Assembly: GCA_965178125.1 (NCBI GenBank)
Contig: OZ237743.1
Location: 1,240,001 to 1,304,000 of the forward strand
Source: Bilabrum cf. latius
Taxonomy: Eukaryota
Direction of reading: 5' to 3'
DNA length: 64,000 nucleotides
Each line of letters begins with the position of its first letter. Positions within the stretch are counted from its first letter, which is position 1. The notes beneath the pieces were generated by a model, which was given only the letters and a program-made list of their open reading frames with translations, was not told the origin of the DNA and searched no databases. The translations under genes were made by a program, and so were the position numbers. Positions 50,431 through 62,316 of the stretch are shown here, piece by piece.

Positions 50431-53400
50431 TCACCCCCACGGCATGAGTATGGAACCCTTGCCCTTGCACTTGCCCCAGTCCCCCTTCGCGAGAGCGGCA
50501 AGCAGATCCGCCAGACCCTCCCCCTCCTCTTCCTCTGCCTTCTCCTCCTGCTTCCCTCCACCCTTCGCCTACCCAGCACTGCCACGGCCCACCCCATCCC
50601 CATCCCCATCCTCGCTATCTTCGTCCTCACTGCTCTTGCTCTCGCTCGCGCCCGCACGCACAACCCCAGTCCCCCCAGTCCCCCCAGTCGCCCCAGTCGC
50701 CCCCAGCCCCTCCTTGATGTCCCGCAGGGGCCGCAATCGGGCCCTCCTCGCTGCCATGTCTGCGCTTCGCCTGGCCTTCTGTATGGCCCTCTGCTGGGCC
50801 ATGCGCTGGCCCCGGGTCATGTCAGACAGCGTGTTCCCCGAGCCCGGCCGCCGGGAAGCGAACTGCCGCATGTGCCCTGCGCCAGTGCCTCGCCTGACGC
50901 GCCGACTGGCAGGCCCCTCCCCCTCCCCGTGTTCATCCTCGTCTCCATCCTCTTGGCCGGCCGCACGCCGCTGCCTCAGCCTGGCCCTGCGCGCCGCCTG
51001 GCTGCCCCCAGACCGCATGCCGGCCAGCGGGTTAGCGACCATGGACCCGGCCTAGCCCGAGGACTGGCCGTGGTGCGCCCCGCTCCCGCGACCACTACCC
51101 TCGTCGTCTTCTTCCTCTTCCTCTTCCTCTTCCTCTTCCTCCTCCTCCTCCTCCTCCTCTTCCACACTCGGGATTGCATCAAGAGGCCCCGCACGGATGG
51201 CAGCCCACACCGCATCCCCGACAGCAGGTACCGCTGCCCATGCTCCGGCATACGGACCCAGCCTCAGCCTAAATCGCTGCCGTGGCTGCAGAGACATAGC
51301 TTCCTCCGCCTCGGCCCCGGCCTCGGAACCCCCTACGTGTGCAGCCCCATCCCCATCCCCATCCCCATCCCCATCCCCATCCCCATCCCCATCCTCAGGC
51401 TACTCCACCTCGACCCACGCGCCCTGCACCAGGTAGGACAGCCTGTCCGAGTATCCACCCGCACTCACCATGCCCCCACCAGACTCGATGTCCCCCGCGC
51501 CCGCGCTCGCCAAGCCATCGCGGCCCGCGGGCCCGTGCACGCGGATCGCAGCCGAGCTCACATCCACAGTCCCTCGGTGCGCGCTGGTGCTGCTGGTGCT
51601 GGTGCTGCTGGCCCCTGCCCCTGACGCGGCCCCCTGCACGGCCCCTGCGGCAGCCAGGGCCTCCCTCGCCCCCGGGGAGACCGTGGAGAGGACCAGCCGC
51701 TGGGAGGCAGGAGGCAGCAGGTGCTGCGCTGGTGTGCCCAGAAGGAGCGCGCCCGCCTCTGCGCCCGTCAGCTTCAGGGTCAGGTGGGCCGGTGGCGACG
51801 GGCGGGCATGGCCAGAGCCAGGGCTAGCAGCAGCAGCAGCAGCACCTGCCGCTCGACCCTGTTGTTCCCTGGCCTTCAGCTCCGCCCGCACGATCAGCGG
51901 AGGCCTCACCTGAATCTCGATCCCGGGCAACCCTGCGATGGGCATGGGCCGCGCGTCGATCTCCGCCACCTGCTCCAGGCCAGGAGGGGAAGGCGGCCCG
52001 CTGCTCCTCTCCTCCACAGACAGCAGCACTGTTCCCTAGCACCCCCTGGAGTCAACCCCGGGGGGCATCTGGGGGCCACGGCTCCCCCCGCTGGCCTCCC
52101 CGTCGCCCTCATCGTCCCCTTCGTCACCCGAGTCCACCGTGGCGCGGGGCCTTCGGGCGCGCACCTTGTTCCTCTGCTGCATTGCACTGCGCTGCCTCTC
52201 CGCGTCCTCCTCCCGGGTGGTCAGGCGGGCCCTCAGCTCCATGGGTCGGGCCGCGGCGGGTAGCGACTGAGGACCCACCGGGCTCGCGGGCTGGGCCCCT
52301 GTCCCTGCCCCTGCCCCTGCCCCTGCCCCTGGTTTGGCTGCCGTGCTGCCACCGCCACCGCCACCGCCGCCGCAGCCCGGGGCAGCATCTTCGGCAGAAG
52401 CGGCAGCAGCACTGGCAGAAGCCCTGTCGGTGGTGCTAGAGGATGCCAGCTGCCTGGCCTGGTGAGCCGCAGATGCAGCGGACTGCAGTGCGCCGCCTGC
52501 CTCGGGAAGGAGTACAACGCCCTGCCCGATCCAGTCCTTCTTCGTCTTGCTCTTGGGAGCACCCCCTCCGTTCCCGCCGCGGGTGCCCAGCGAGCCATCC
52601 GGCTGCCGCCTGCGCCGCGTGGCTCCAGACCCGGCGGGCGGAGTGATGGGCCGTCTGTCCATCTGGCCCTGCCCATACCCCCCTCCGATCGGGGCATACC
52701 CCCCCGCACCCCCTCCCATCGCGCCCATGAGCTCATCTTCCTCCTCGTCGCCCAGCGCGCGGGTGCCGCCCCCGTGGTCTCCATCGTCCCCGCCCTGCCC
52801 CGCCCTCTGCTGGAAGCGAGCAAACGCAGCCGCCTGCTCCCGCTGCAGCCGATCGAACTCGTCGGGGTTCATGCCCGCGCCCCCTCCAGCGATCGCCGCC
52901 GCCTCCTTGGCAGACTGAGCCTCCTCGAACCGACGCACCGCCTCCACCGGGTCCAGCTCCTCCGGTTGCCCCGGGCCGGCCCCGCCACGGCCGAACCCAC
53001 CCCCACCTCCGCCGCTGCCCCCACCCATGTACACGCCGCTGCCCCCGCCCGTGTGTGCGCCGCTTCGGCCATGCCTCGGCAATGGCGCCGTCCCGCCCAC
53101 CACCTCCTGCGCCAGCTCCAGACACGCGGCCGGCTCCAGGCTCTCCGGGATCGGGACGGGGTGTTGCACCCCCTCCCTATCAGCATCGTGCTTCGCCTCG
53201 ATTCTCAGGACCCTCGCTTCGTCCGCTCCGTCCAGGGACTCTGCCACCGCCGCCAGCTCGTCGGTCCCCTCGAGTCCATCCATCGTCTCGGCCAGGTGCA
53301 CCGCACCCTGCCTCCACTCGTCACACCTGAGCATGGCACGCAGGGCAGCCAGCTGCGAGGCCGCCGTGCCGTGCCCCGGGAACCCCTCCCCGTTGAGCCT

Positions 53401-54525
53401 GGGGGCGTGCTGCAGGCCCTTGGGCGTGTCCCATGCGGCCATGGCCTAGTAGGTATGCCTCGGCTGCAGGGACTGGCTGTTGCTCTGCAGCCGAACCTGG
53501 CAGGCAGCCACCAGGCTGGCAAAGCAGCGCCGCTGCAGGAGGTGTCCCCTGGTCTTGGGCCGCGTGCTCGCCCGCTAGAGCTGCTTCGAGGGGCGGCCCT
53601 GGTACACGCCCTGCGCGGTGTGACGAGTGCCACCGGAGTCCGGTGCGGGGGCAGGAGAAGAGGGGGAAGAGGAGGCGGCGCCGGCTGCATCTCCAAGCCC
53701 GGAGCCAGCCGTCCCTTGCCTGTGGGCCGGGGCTTGCCCTTGAGCTTCGGGGTCTGCAACCTCGCCCGGCCCATCGCCCGCTCCTGCTCCCGCTCCCGCT
53801 TCTGCTCCTGCACCACTATGCCCCCTCTCCGATCCGGAGCCGGAACCCATTGTGCCCTGGGAGCGGACGGGATGTGGCGCCCCGGCGGCCCCCACCGGAT
53901 TTGTGCCGTCGTGCGGTGCATCCACGAGGTCGGTGTGTCCCCCCACGACCCCAAGCATGGGCGAGCTGCCCCCCCCATCCCCCCCAGAGGAGGATACGCC
54001 CCCTACAGTGGAGGCCAGGGCACTGGAGTGCGAACCGCCGGCCAGAACGTCCGCGTGTGCTCCCTGTGAATCCATCTATTCGAGCACATAGGCAGCGGCG
54101 GCGTTGGTGTCTCCTGGGTGGAGACGGAGAGCACGCTGGGCAATTGCGAATGAGGCGCCGAGCGACATCAGCTGGTCGAGCGGATCGTCGGGCTAAGAGC
54201 CATCAGCTCCGAGACCAGTGGCAAGATCAGGTCGCAGGGGTCCCCCGCGCCCGGGGTTCCCAACAGACCCTCCAAGAGACGGCGGGCGGACGCCTTCTGG
54301 GGCTGGGGCGGCTGCAGAGCGCGATCCAGCGCCAGCCCCTAAATCACCGGCCACTCGACCGCCCCCAATCTCTTCTGAATTTATAGCTGCCCCAAGCTTT
54401 GTGGAGCTGGGTGGGTTTGAAGGCGACGATCGACGACCCCGAAGCTGTTCTCGCATCTAGCGAGAGTGCTCATCCTCCTCATCACTTGGCATCCCTCGAT
54501 CATCGCGATCTGAGGGGCTCGCCAT
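50431..54525 (-). CDS. UBA-domain-containing low-complexity protein, about 1,360 aa (9 in-frame TAG)
   Basis: DPLDQLMSLGASFAIAQRALRLHPGDTNAAAAYVLE (UBA-like, 54190-54079) is bracketed by TAG codons. Same-frame ORFs are chained to TGA 50431. Confidence 0.7.
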
Positions 54526-54891
54526 TACTTGTAGTGTAGATCTTATTCACAGCGACCAGCAGTGATTGCGAGAATACGCAGTTTAGGTGGCGGGTGGCGG
54601 ATCTGCGCAACAGCCTTGTACAGACGATCTTGTTTCCAACACGGCCCTGAGACGGCGCTGCCAGAGAGTTTTGTCAACTGAGAGATACTGTGACGAATAC
54701 CGTCTGCTGGAAACAGCCGCAGATATAGTGTGCGAACAAGCGAGCTGCGCAGACCTACGCGGCATTGCTCACACTCATTTGAAGCTCTGCCGAGCCGAGC
54801 GGAGCTTGACTGGTGGAGCCTTTGTCGACGAAAGACAGGCGCCCTGTATCCCAGTGCAACAATCCGTGGTTGGTATCTATATACAATGTAT

Positions 54892-57516
54892 TCATGTGAC
54901 CTGTGATCCAGTCAGATCCACCAGGCCCGGGATCCTCGCCATTGCCACCCGAGGATCGCCACCTGCCGCAGAGAGTAGCCCTGGTCTGCCAGCGTTGTAT
55001 TCGCCCTCTTCCTCATCTTCCTCCTCGGGCAGCTCATCGTGCGATGGCCTCCACCGAGGCTTCTCCCCAGCCCCCTCCCCCACCGCCCCCCTCTCCCACC
55101 CGCCTCCTCTGCAGCCTCCTTGCCCCCCGCCAGAGACAGGCCGCTCCCTTCTCAGCCTTCCCGCGCGCGGCTGGTGCAGCGCCCCAATCAACGGGGACAT
55201 GCCCCCACTGCCACTGCCACTGCCATGCACGCTGCATGCACCCACCCTGCCCCCCGCCACGGCCCCCGAGCCCTGCACCCCCACCCCCACGCTGTCCCAC
55301 CGCCCCGTATCGCCCTGCTCCTCCTTCTCCCCCAACTAAGAGCTGCCCTGCCACTGGGAGCTTCTGCTGAACTGCACGTCGATGCAGGAGGATTGTAGCT
55401 CCGAGTCACGGGATGCGTGACAGCCCAGTTGTCTCACTGCGCGGGTGGCCGGATCGCATCCAGATCCACTCGCCAGCCCCCCGGCCTAGCCCGCCGGTCC
55501 GATGGCAGCCAGCTGCGTTGGGGGGCCAGGATGGGCCTGGGTCTCTTTGTGTGCGTGGCTGCCTGATCCACTGCCCATTCTGTTTACCTTGCCCCGGTCC
55601 CGATCTTTGTCACAGGCACTGGCTGAGGCTGAGGTTGAGGCTGAGGCATCGCGCTGTGGCCCGAATGCGCTGCCGTGCTGCCCCCATCGCGTGTGCTGCG
55701 TTTCTACATGCTACTTGTCGGCCGCAGCGCGATCACCAGCACAAACCCTGCCACTTGTTCCACTCACACCATGCAGTCGCGAGGACTGTATCCGTGCGAC
55801 TTTCACTTCAAACACAGCGGGATATCCTTCGCTTGTCTCGTCGGCCCCGCGCTCCTCACAGCCCTCGTTCTCATCCTGTACTTCTTTCTCTTGCTCTTTC
55901 ACTTGCTCTTCCTCTTCCCGCCCTTCTAGTCCTTGCTTTAGCTCTTGCCCTTCCTGGTCCCCACCCTCTTCCAGCCCGCTGTCCTCATCGTACAGCGTAT
56001 CGCATGACCTCCCGAGGGGGCCGCTGATGCAAGGCATGATCTGGTCAGAGGCGTACTTGGATCGGTTGCTGAATCGCCTGTCGATCATCGCATCGCCTTG
56101 CACTGCACCATGAGTAGGACTGTTGCCTCTGTGGTGCAGACCACGGTGCACATCCCCGTCGGTCCCATGCAGCTCGGCCTCTCCCTGCAGAGTCATGTCC
56201 ACCTCTGCCTCGCTGCCCGGGGGCAGGCTGGGCAGAGTGTGCGGGCTGTGTCGGCTGTCGGACAGGCCGTGCGTGGCCGGGCCCAGGACTGCCCTGAGCC
56301 TCCTGCTGTTGGCCGCATGCACGGCCAATGGGTCCGGCGCGGGCTCGCCTGACCCAACCCCCCCTGCGGGACCGACCCGTTCTAGCCTGCCGTGCTCTGC
56401 ACCCCCATTCTCAAGCAGGATGGGCATGGGGGCGAGCGTCCCCAGCCTCAGGCTGCCCCTCAGGCTGTCTCCGGCCGGCGTGTCGCCCATGTGCGAGCGG
56501 GACCCGTCATAGGACCGAGTTCCCGTGTGATGAGTGCCAGAGTCGCTGAACGAGTGCGCCGAGTCCACCGACCCGATCGGGCGGTCCAGCGGTGCCACGA
56601 ACCGGCCCCAGACACGCCGCTGCACGCCGGCCTCCAGGGCAGAGGGCATCTCCTGGTACAGGCGGTGAGTGCCTGTTGTCGTGCAGGTGCCGGTGGCCGT
56701 GGCCGTGGCTGTCGATCTGCCCCTCGGGGTTCCGGTATTGGTTTGCTCAGTCTCTGGCCGCTCCCTGTGGCCTCGTTGCGTGCGGAACTTTGCAATCGCC
56801 ACGTCTGGCAGTGGCTGTGATGGGGATGGACTGGGACTGCCAGCGGGCGACGCGCGGCTGCCGTTTCCCGTATTGCGCTGCAAGTGCGGCATATGGCGGG
56901 TGCTGTTGCATCCTGCCTCCTTGCAATTGGGATCTTGTTGCTACTGCTACTGCTGTCTACCCACCAGGAGCCCAGGCATCCCAGCATCGATACGATGCTG
57001 GTGCGTGTCTCTGTCCTGGTGCTGCCTGCGTTGCCTTGTCATGCGGCTCATGGGCCGCATGTCCTTCTTCGCCCCGGGCTGGTACCACGCGCTGCTGGTG
57101 GACTGCAGCGAGGTCTGCTTGCGGATGGCAGAGTCCTCGGGCTGAGGCTGCAGCACGGGGAGAACAGCGCAGCCGCCGCTGCTGCCACGCTGGGCGAGGC
57201 TGGCAGACTTCCTTCGCGGGTCTGGAGCAAGCTATCGGAATTGCCCGGCCGTTGTTACGTGGCTTGGGGTGCTTGGTGCACCGCTGGCAGGCTGCACCTC
57301 AGGCTGTCTGCCACCTTCCGATGGTGCGGCGCTTGGCGTGTTGCAGCTCGAGGCTGCAGGCGGGATGCCGGTGTATCTGGCTCCCCTTGACAGCTGTCTG
57401 CCTGTCGATACTGTCCTAATTGTACCAAATTGGGAATGTGTTTTCCTGAGAGACTTCAGGCCGGGCTCCTGGACCATCGACTGTTCCTGGCAACCTGCCG
57501 TGGTATCGTCCCGCAT
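54892..57516 (-). CDS. Hypothetical disordered protein, member 1 of a tandem family sharing the YQEMPS...RVWGRFVAPLDRPIGSVDSAHSFS motif (6 in-frame TAG)
   Basis: Same-frame pieces joined by TAG at 57232, 56947, 56941, 55711, 55486 and 55336. Includes CAG CAG TAG CAG TAG CAA CAA. Ends TGA. Confidence 0.65.
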
Positions 57517-58360
57517 GTCATTCCCAAGTCCACGGGAGCTCTCTGCGCCGAAGTAGATTAATTATTACAATCGAGGCGGACTAAAATTATGGTTATGCCG
57601 GGATACCACACTTTGCACTCCGACCTCCATGGCCAGTCACCGCAGCATCACAGCACAGCGAAGCCGGCCAATGCATGACTCGTTAGTAGATACCATAGTA
57701 TCGGGACCAGCCATCGTTGTAATTTATTTATTGAAAATATAAACTAGCCTGGTCGGAAGAGGTGTGCCCTTGAGTCAACCTGCGCAGCGATATAGCCTAT
57801 GCCTAAACGAAGCAAGCGTTCCGCACTAGGGCCATTCGCCTAAAGCTCACCTAAGGCCCCAGTTAAATCGGAATTCTGCAATACTTTATGAACAAATGAA
57901 ATGTTGCATTGCAGAAGCTGCATAGCGGGGTTGCACAGAGCACTGGCAGCGCGTCAGACGCGTGTGACGGATCGTCTACTGTGCTCTATACCTCACTCCA
58001 AAGCAGCACATGCAGCCGGAGAACATGTTTTCAGGGAATTAACTCTTTGACATCATCGCCCCCCACTGTTAACCCACGAGCGCTACTGAAAGCTTCGGGG
58101 TTGTACCACGGCCTGGCGGGTGCCACCGCCGGATGTGGCCTCAACCCGGAACCGCCGCTTGCAAAGGCTTGCATGGCCGTCAGTTATCCATGCATTGCTC
58201 CCGACCTAAAGTCAAAGCAAAATATTGTTTATGGTAGTATCCTTAGTGTCATTGCGAAGGTACTGGGTGTACAACTCCGCTGGTTCTGCGCCCCCTGCAA
58301 GCCATCCCCCCTTCTGTCACCCTGCGGCACCATAACATGCACCCGATTGTCATCTCTATA

Positions 58361-59542
58361 TTAATCGTCATCTTGGTTCATTGTACCCCCAGGCCGCGAT
58401 GTTGTGCACTGCATGCCATGTGGCGCCGTGCACCCCATGTAAAGCGAGTGCGGCACCGCCGGGTCACGCTCCTCCTCCGAGTGATGCCCACCCTCGCCTA
58501 CAGAGCCACTGGCAGTGGCTGTGCCAGTACAATGCCCCATCGAGTGGGCCGAGCCGGGCCTGGATCTAGCTGCCGCCGAATGAGCGCTTCCCCATACGAC
58601 GCCATCGTGGCACCCAGCTCCAGAACTAGTGTCCGAGTGGGCCCGATGCTGCGAGCACTGCCGCTGGCAGGGCGTGATCAACTCGGGCCTGTGATCCACT
58701 GAGGAGATCAACTCGGGCCTGTGATCCACTGAGGAGATCAACTCGGGCCTGTGATCCACTGAGGAGATCCTGCACGTGCTGGTCACCAGCTGCACGCCGC
58801 CCAGCGCCGGGGTCCTCGGGCATGAACAAGGACAGGGACAGGATGTCCTAACCCCCCTTCCCACAGACTGCCCCTCATCCCCTGTCCCAGCGCCAGCGGC
58901 TGTGCCAGTCCCAGCGGCTCGGGGCCTCATTTCTCCGGCGTGGCACTGATACATGCCCAGCGGCAAGGCGTGCAAGCGAGACTTCGACCGGGATCTGGAT
59001 GTCGACCTTGATCTGTACCTTGATTCAGCAGCAGATGCACGGCCCTCCGAATAGGCCTGACTGAACGAGTGCGCCGAGTCCACCGACCCGATCGGGCGGT
59101 CCAGCGGTGCCACGAACCGGCCCCAGACACGCCGCTGCACTTCTGCCTGCATGCAGGAGGGCATCTCTTGGTACAGGCGGGGAGTGCCTGTTGTCGTGGC
59201 GGTACCGGTGGCCGTGGAACCTGACTTTGTGGACGCTCCGACCGGGGCACTGCCAGGGATGCTCGCTCTGTCACGCTGATTGCCCTCGGCGTCATCAGCC
59301 ACACAATCTCGCTTAGAAATCGTGGGGTCCACACGATGTAAATACCAGGCACTATCTGATGCAAACATGACTCGTGATTGTTGCTCGTCTCGTGCGATTC
59401 GATTTTGCACCCTGCGATGTCGCCGATGTGTCCTCTCCCTTGCGAGTTCTACTTCGAAGAGGGCATTCCTCCGACCGCCGCCGCTCCTCCCACTGGTTGC
59501 CGTCGTTGTTAGCAGCGTGCAGTCATCCCTAGATGGCAACAT
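58361..59542 (-). CDS. Hypothetical protein, member 2 of the tandem family (ends TAA)
   Basis: Open frame carrying the shared motif and SAWY. First in-frame ATG is 59542; the start is uncertain. Confidence 0.6.
   Translation of the reverse strand: MLPSRDDCTLLTTTATSGRSGGGRRNALFEVELARERTHRRHRRVQNRIARDEQQSRVMFASDSAWYLHRVDPTISKRDCVADDAEGNQRDRASIPGSAPVGASTKSGSTATGTATTTGTPRLYQEMPSCMQAEVQRRVWGRFVAPLDRPIGSVDSAHSFSQAYSEGRASAAESRYRSRSTSRSRSKSRLHALPLGMYQCHAGEMRPRAAGTGTAAGAGTGDEGQSVGRGVRTSCPCPCSCPRTPALGGVQLVTSTCRISSVDHRPELISSVDHRPELISSVDHRPELITPCQRQCSQHRAHSDTSSGAGCHDGVVWGSAHSAAARSRPGSAHSMGHCTGTATASGSVGEGGHHSEEERDPAVPHSLYMGCTAPHGMQCTTSRPGGTMNQDDD
58676..58768. repeat. Coding 30-nt tandem repeat x3 (ISSVDHRPEL)
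   Basis: gatcaactcgggcctgtgatccactgagga x3. Confidence 0.95.
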
Positions 59543-60351
59543 CACGTGGCCGATGCTAGCTTTTGCTTGAGCAGCTCTTGCTGCGCACGAATCAAGCAAT
59601 GATCCGCTACCAAATGCAAGCAGTACTAGTAGGACTGCATAGGCTAACTTGGCCGGTCCTGACCATGCGGCCAGTTGAGTTGCATGCTTGAAGGCTAATA
59701 TTCACACCACTCAAACTCGCTTTCATTGGCTTAAAGGCACCAAACCAAAGGTATCACTACAGTTCTCACCGATGCCCAAGCGGCTGGCTGCCAGCTTCTT
59801 GTTTAACGCCGGTGGCTTCCCCGGCTCGCTGACCGTTTTCATGACTGTTGTATCAGGATTTGACTGCAGTATTTCGTAGCAAACTAGCCAATGTATGCTC
59901 TACATCATTCGCTGCGTGGAGCAGTAGTATTGGTGCAGTAGGCAGTCTCTCTAAAGCTTTGCTTCACTTCACTTGAAGCTCTCCTCACGTAGCACCAGCA
60001 CAGCCACGCCATACGATTTCAGATCTCGCTAGTTAAGAACTATGAATTAAACTAACGGCACTGAAGGTTTTATGGCAATGATTTCCTCTATTATGTTGTA
60101 TTTTCGTCGTGGAAACGCTGCTGCACCGTATGCACGTTGTCTAAAACCAGAATACTAGAGTTGTATCTGCTCGCAACACTGCGAAGCCGGGACTCCGGCC
60201 CGGGAGAAGGCCAGGCAGCCACTAAGGTATGTCTGTAGCATACTCATGCTAACTTTTGTGTCTAATCACACACAAATATCCTTCCGGAAGCAGTGCACTT
60301 GAAAGCAAGCATTGCGCCATCCTCGGCTCGACAGTCCGATGCTCCCATTCA

Positions 60352-62316
60352 TCATGCGACCAGTCCAGGCGGCTCGGCCACATCGAAGCAACGCGCCACA
60401 GCCCCACCAGAAGTGCAAGCCTCACCATTAACGACCTCTCCATGCTCCTTTTCTTGTTCCTTGAGGTGAGACCAGCTAGTTGCGCTGTTCCCTGCCTGAT
60501 GGTGCACATCCTCGGTCCCCACCTCTTCTGGCACGATTAACTCGACCGCGCAATTGGCATCCGTCTCCCTACCAAACCTCATTCCCATTTCTGCATCATC
60601 TGACGAGAGCCCTTCCTCCCTAGTTGTCCCCAGCCCCAGCCCCAGCCCAGCATGGTGCGGGTCTTCGCTCGCATGCAGGGCCGCCGAGTGCAGCACCAGG
60701 GACGTGGTCGCGGTCCTGGACCCGTGCTGGCTCTCCCCACGGGCTGACCCGGCATCGGGGGCGCACAGGGCAGCGATGACAGAGAGCTGGATGCCCCTGT
60801 GTGGGCACTCGTCACACTCGCCCCTTGCAGGCACCGCCCCCTCAACGCCTGACTGCTCGAGGGCCCGCCTCTCGACCATACGAAGAGACCTGGACTTTCG
60901 CCTGGGCCTGGATGTTGATCTCAATTTGGTGGAAGAGCCAGAGTGGGCGCTCCCGGCCCTTTCCCCTTGCCTTCCGGCTGGCTCAGCAGGTTGCCCAACG
61001 CCGCCGATGCCACTCCCCGAGCCCGAGTGCACTGCATTGCGGTGAACCCCCCACCGAGTGGACCGTGGTGCATATCCTCCTGCCTGTCCATGCTGATGGC
61101 TGCTTTGATCTAGAGCAGCTCCCTTGGCGAGTGTCGAGTGCCCCACCCCCGCGCATGCGCCTGCGCCTGTGACTGCACCATGCCCCCTGCCCTTCACGGC
61201 CGTGGTGCCCCCTGGCGCATCCGACTCGCAGCTCATCCCGCTGCTGCTCTTTGCACCCGATCCACTCCCGCTTCTGCTCTCACTGCCGCTGCCCCCGCTG
61301 CAATTCGAGTGCTCCCTGGTCTCAAACCTCTCGCGATACCAGTTCTCCGGTAGGCTGGGCAGTCTACGGGCCACCGCCCCTGGTGACGTGGGGCCAGGGG
61401 CGCGGTGCTGGCCCCCAGGGAACAAGGCCTGTGTCAGCGTCCCTCTTGATCCCTTCGCTCCCGCCTGCACCTGCATGGGGGGCGGCATCTCGGGCAGGGG
61501 CAGGGGCAGGGGCCCAAACATGCTGGACGAGTTGGAGCCCTCCTTCTTGCTCCTGCTGCGGCTGCGGCTGCGGCTGCGGTCTGCGAGGATGGGGCTCACA
61601 CATCCAGCCATCAGGCTTTCTTCTCGGCGGGAGCTCTCCCCCGACTCGCTGAACGAGTGCGCCGAGTCCACCGACCCGATCGGGCGGTCCAGCGGTGCCA
61701 CGAACCGGCCCCAGACACGCCGCTGCACGTCGGCCTCCAGGGCGGAGGGCATCTCCTGGTACACCCGCCCACCAGTCTCTTGGATGCGAGCGGCAGGTCC
61801 CTTACAGCGGGAGGTGCTTCTCTGGGAGGACGTTTCACGACCGCGGCGACCTGACCGGCTCGCAGGGCTGATAGGTGTGACGTGTCCGTTTTTCCGGCTC
61901 CGTGCTGGAGAGGTGGTTTGCAGACTGCCACTGCTGTGCCAAGGACTAGCTGCTTTCATGTCTGTTTGGGCAGGTTTTGTGTACCATGCGCTGGAGGTCG
62001 AATAAACGGATCGACGGCGTGCACCGCCTTCAACCGGTTGCTCGCCGGCAGAGCAGCAAGTCTTATGGCCTGGAGACAGGAGACCCCCGCTTTCAGAGCC
62101 ACGAGCTATGGGTCCACTCCTTGAGTGTGACCTCCACTTGGCGCCTACCCTCGTGTGCGATTCGATTTGGTCTCTGTTTGTTTTGCTGCCGCTGGCAGCT
62201 TCAGCTCTTTTCGGCGTTGATGTCTGCAACTTTCCCACCAACGCCTGCTTGGCCTTGGCAATTGAAATAGTTCTAACAGGCCCATCTTGAGTTGAGTCTC
62301 TGTTTGGCGCAGGCAT
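60352..62316 (-). CDS. Hypothetical protein, member 3 of the tandem family
   Basis: 654-aa ORF with SSAWY and the shared motif. Ends TGA TGA. Confidence 0.7.
   Translation of the reverse strand: MPAPNRDSTQDGPVRTISIAKAKQALVGKLQTSTPKRAEAASGSKTNRDQIESHTRVGAKWRSHSRSGPIARGSESGGLLSPGHKTCCSAGEQPVEGGARRRSVYSTSSAWYTKPAQTDMKAASPWHSSGSLQTTSPARSRKNGHVTPISPASRSGRRGRETSSQRSTSRCKGPAARIQETGGRVYQEMPSALEADVQRRVWGRFVAPLDRPIGSVDSAHSFSESGESSRREESLMAGCVSPILADRSRSRSRSRSKKEGSNSSSMFGPLPLPLPEMPPPMQVQAGAKGSRGTLTQALFPGGQHRAPGPTSPGAVARRLPSLPENWYRERFETREHSNCSGGSGSESRSGSGSGAKSSSGMSCESDAPGGTTAVKGRGHGAVTGAGACAGVGHSTLAKGAALDQSSHQHGQAGGYAPRSTRWGVHRNAVHSGSGSGIGGVGQPAEPAGRQGERAGSAHSGSSTKLRSTSRPRRKSRSLRMVERRALEQSGVEGAVPARGECDECPHRGIQLSVIAALCAPDAGSARGESQHGSRTATTSLVLHSAALHASEDPHHAGLGLGLGTTREEGLSSDDAEMGMRFGRETDANCAVELIVPEEVGTEDVHHQAGNSATSWSHLKEQEKEHGEVVNGEACTSGGAVARCFDVAEPPGLVA

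Larger units (their letters stand above)
56546..61728. repeat. Dispersed 80-nt identical direct repeat, 3 copies (56546-56625, 59061-59140, 61649-61728)
   Basis: ctgaacgagtgcgccgagtccaccgacccgatcgggcggtccagcggtgccacgaaccggccccagacacgccgctgcac is identical in all three copies. Confidence 0.95.

Noticed and set aside
2113-57516. Mass pseudogenisation, C-to-T hypermutation or sequencing error as the source of internal stops
   Set aside because: These would also create TGA (from CGA/TGG) and TAA (from CAA) stops and frameshifts. Only TAG is seen and catalytic motifs are intact.
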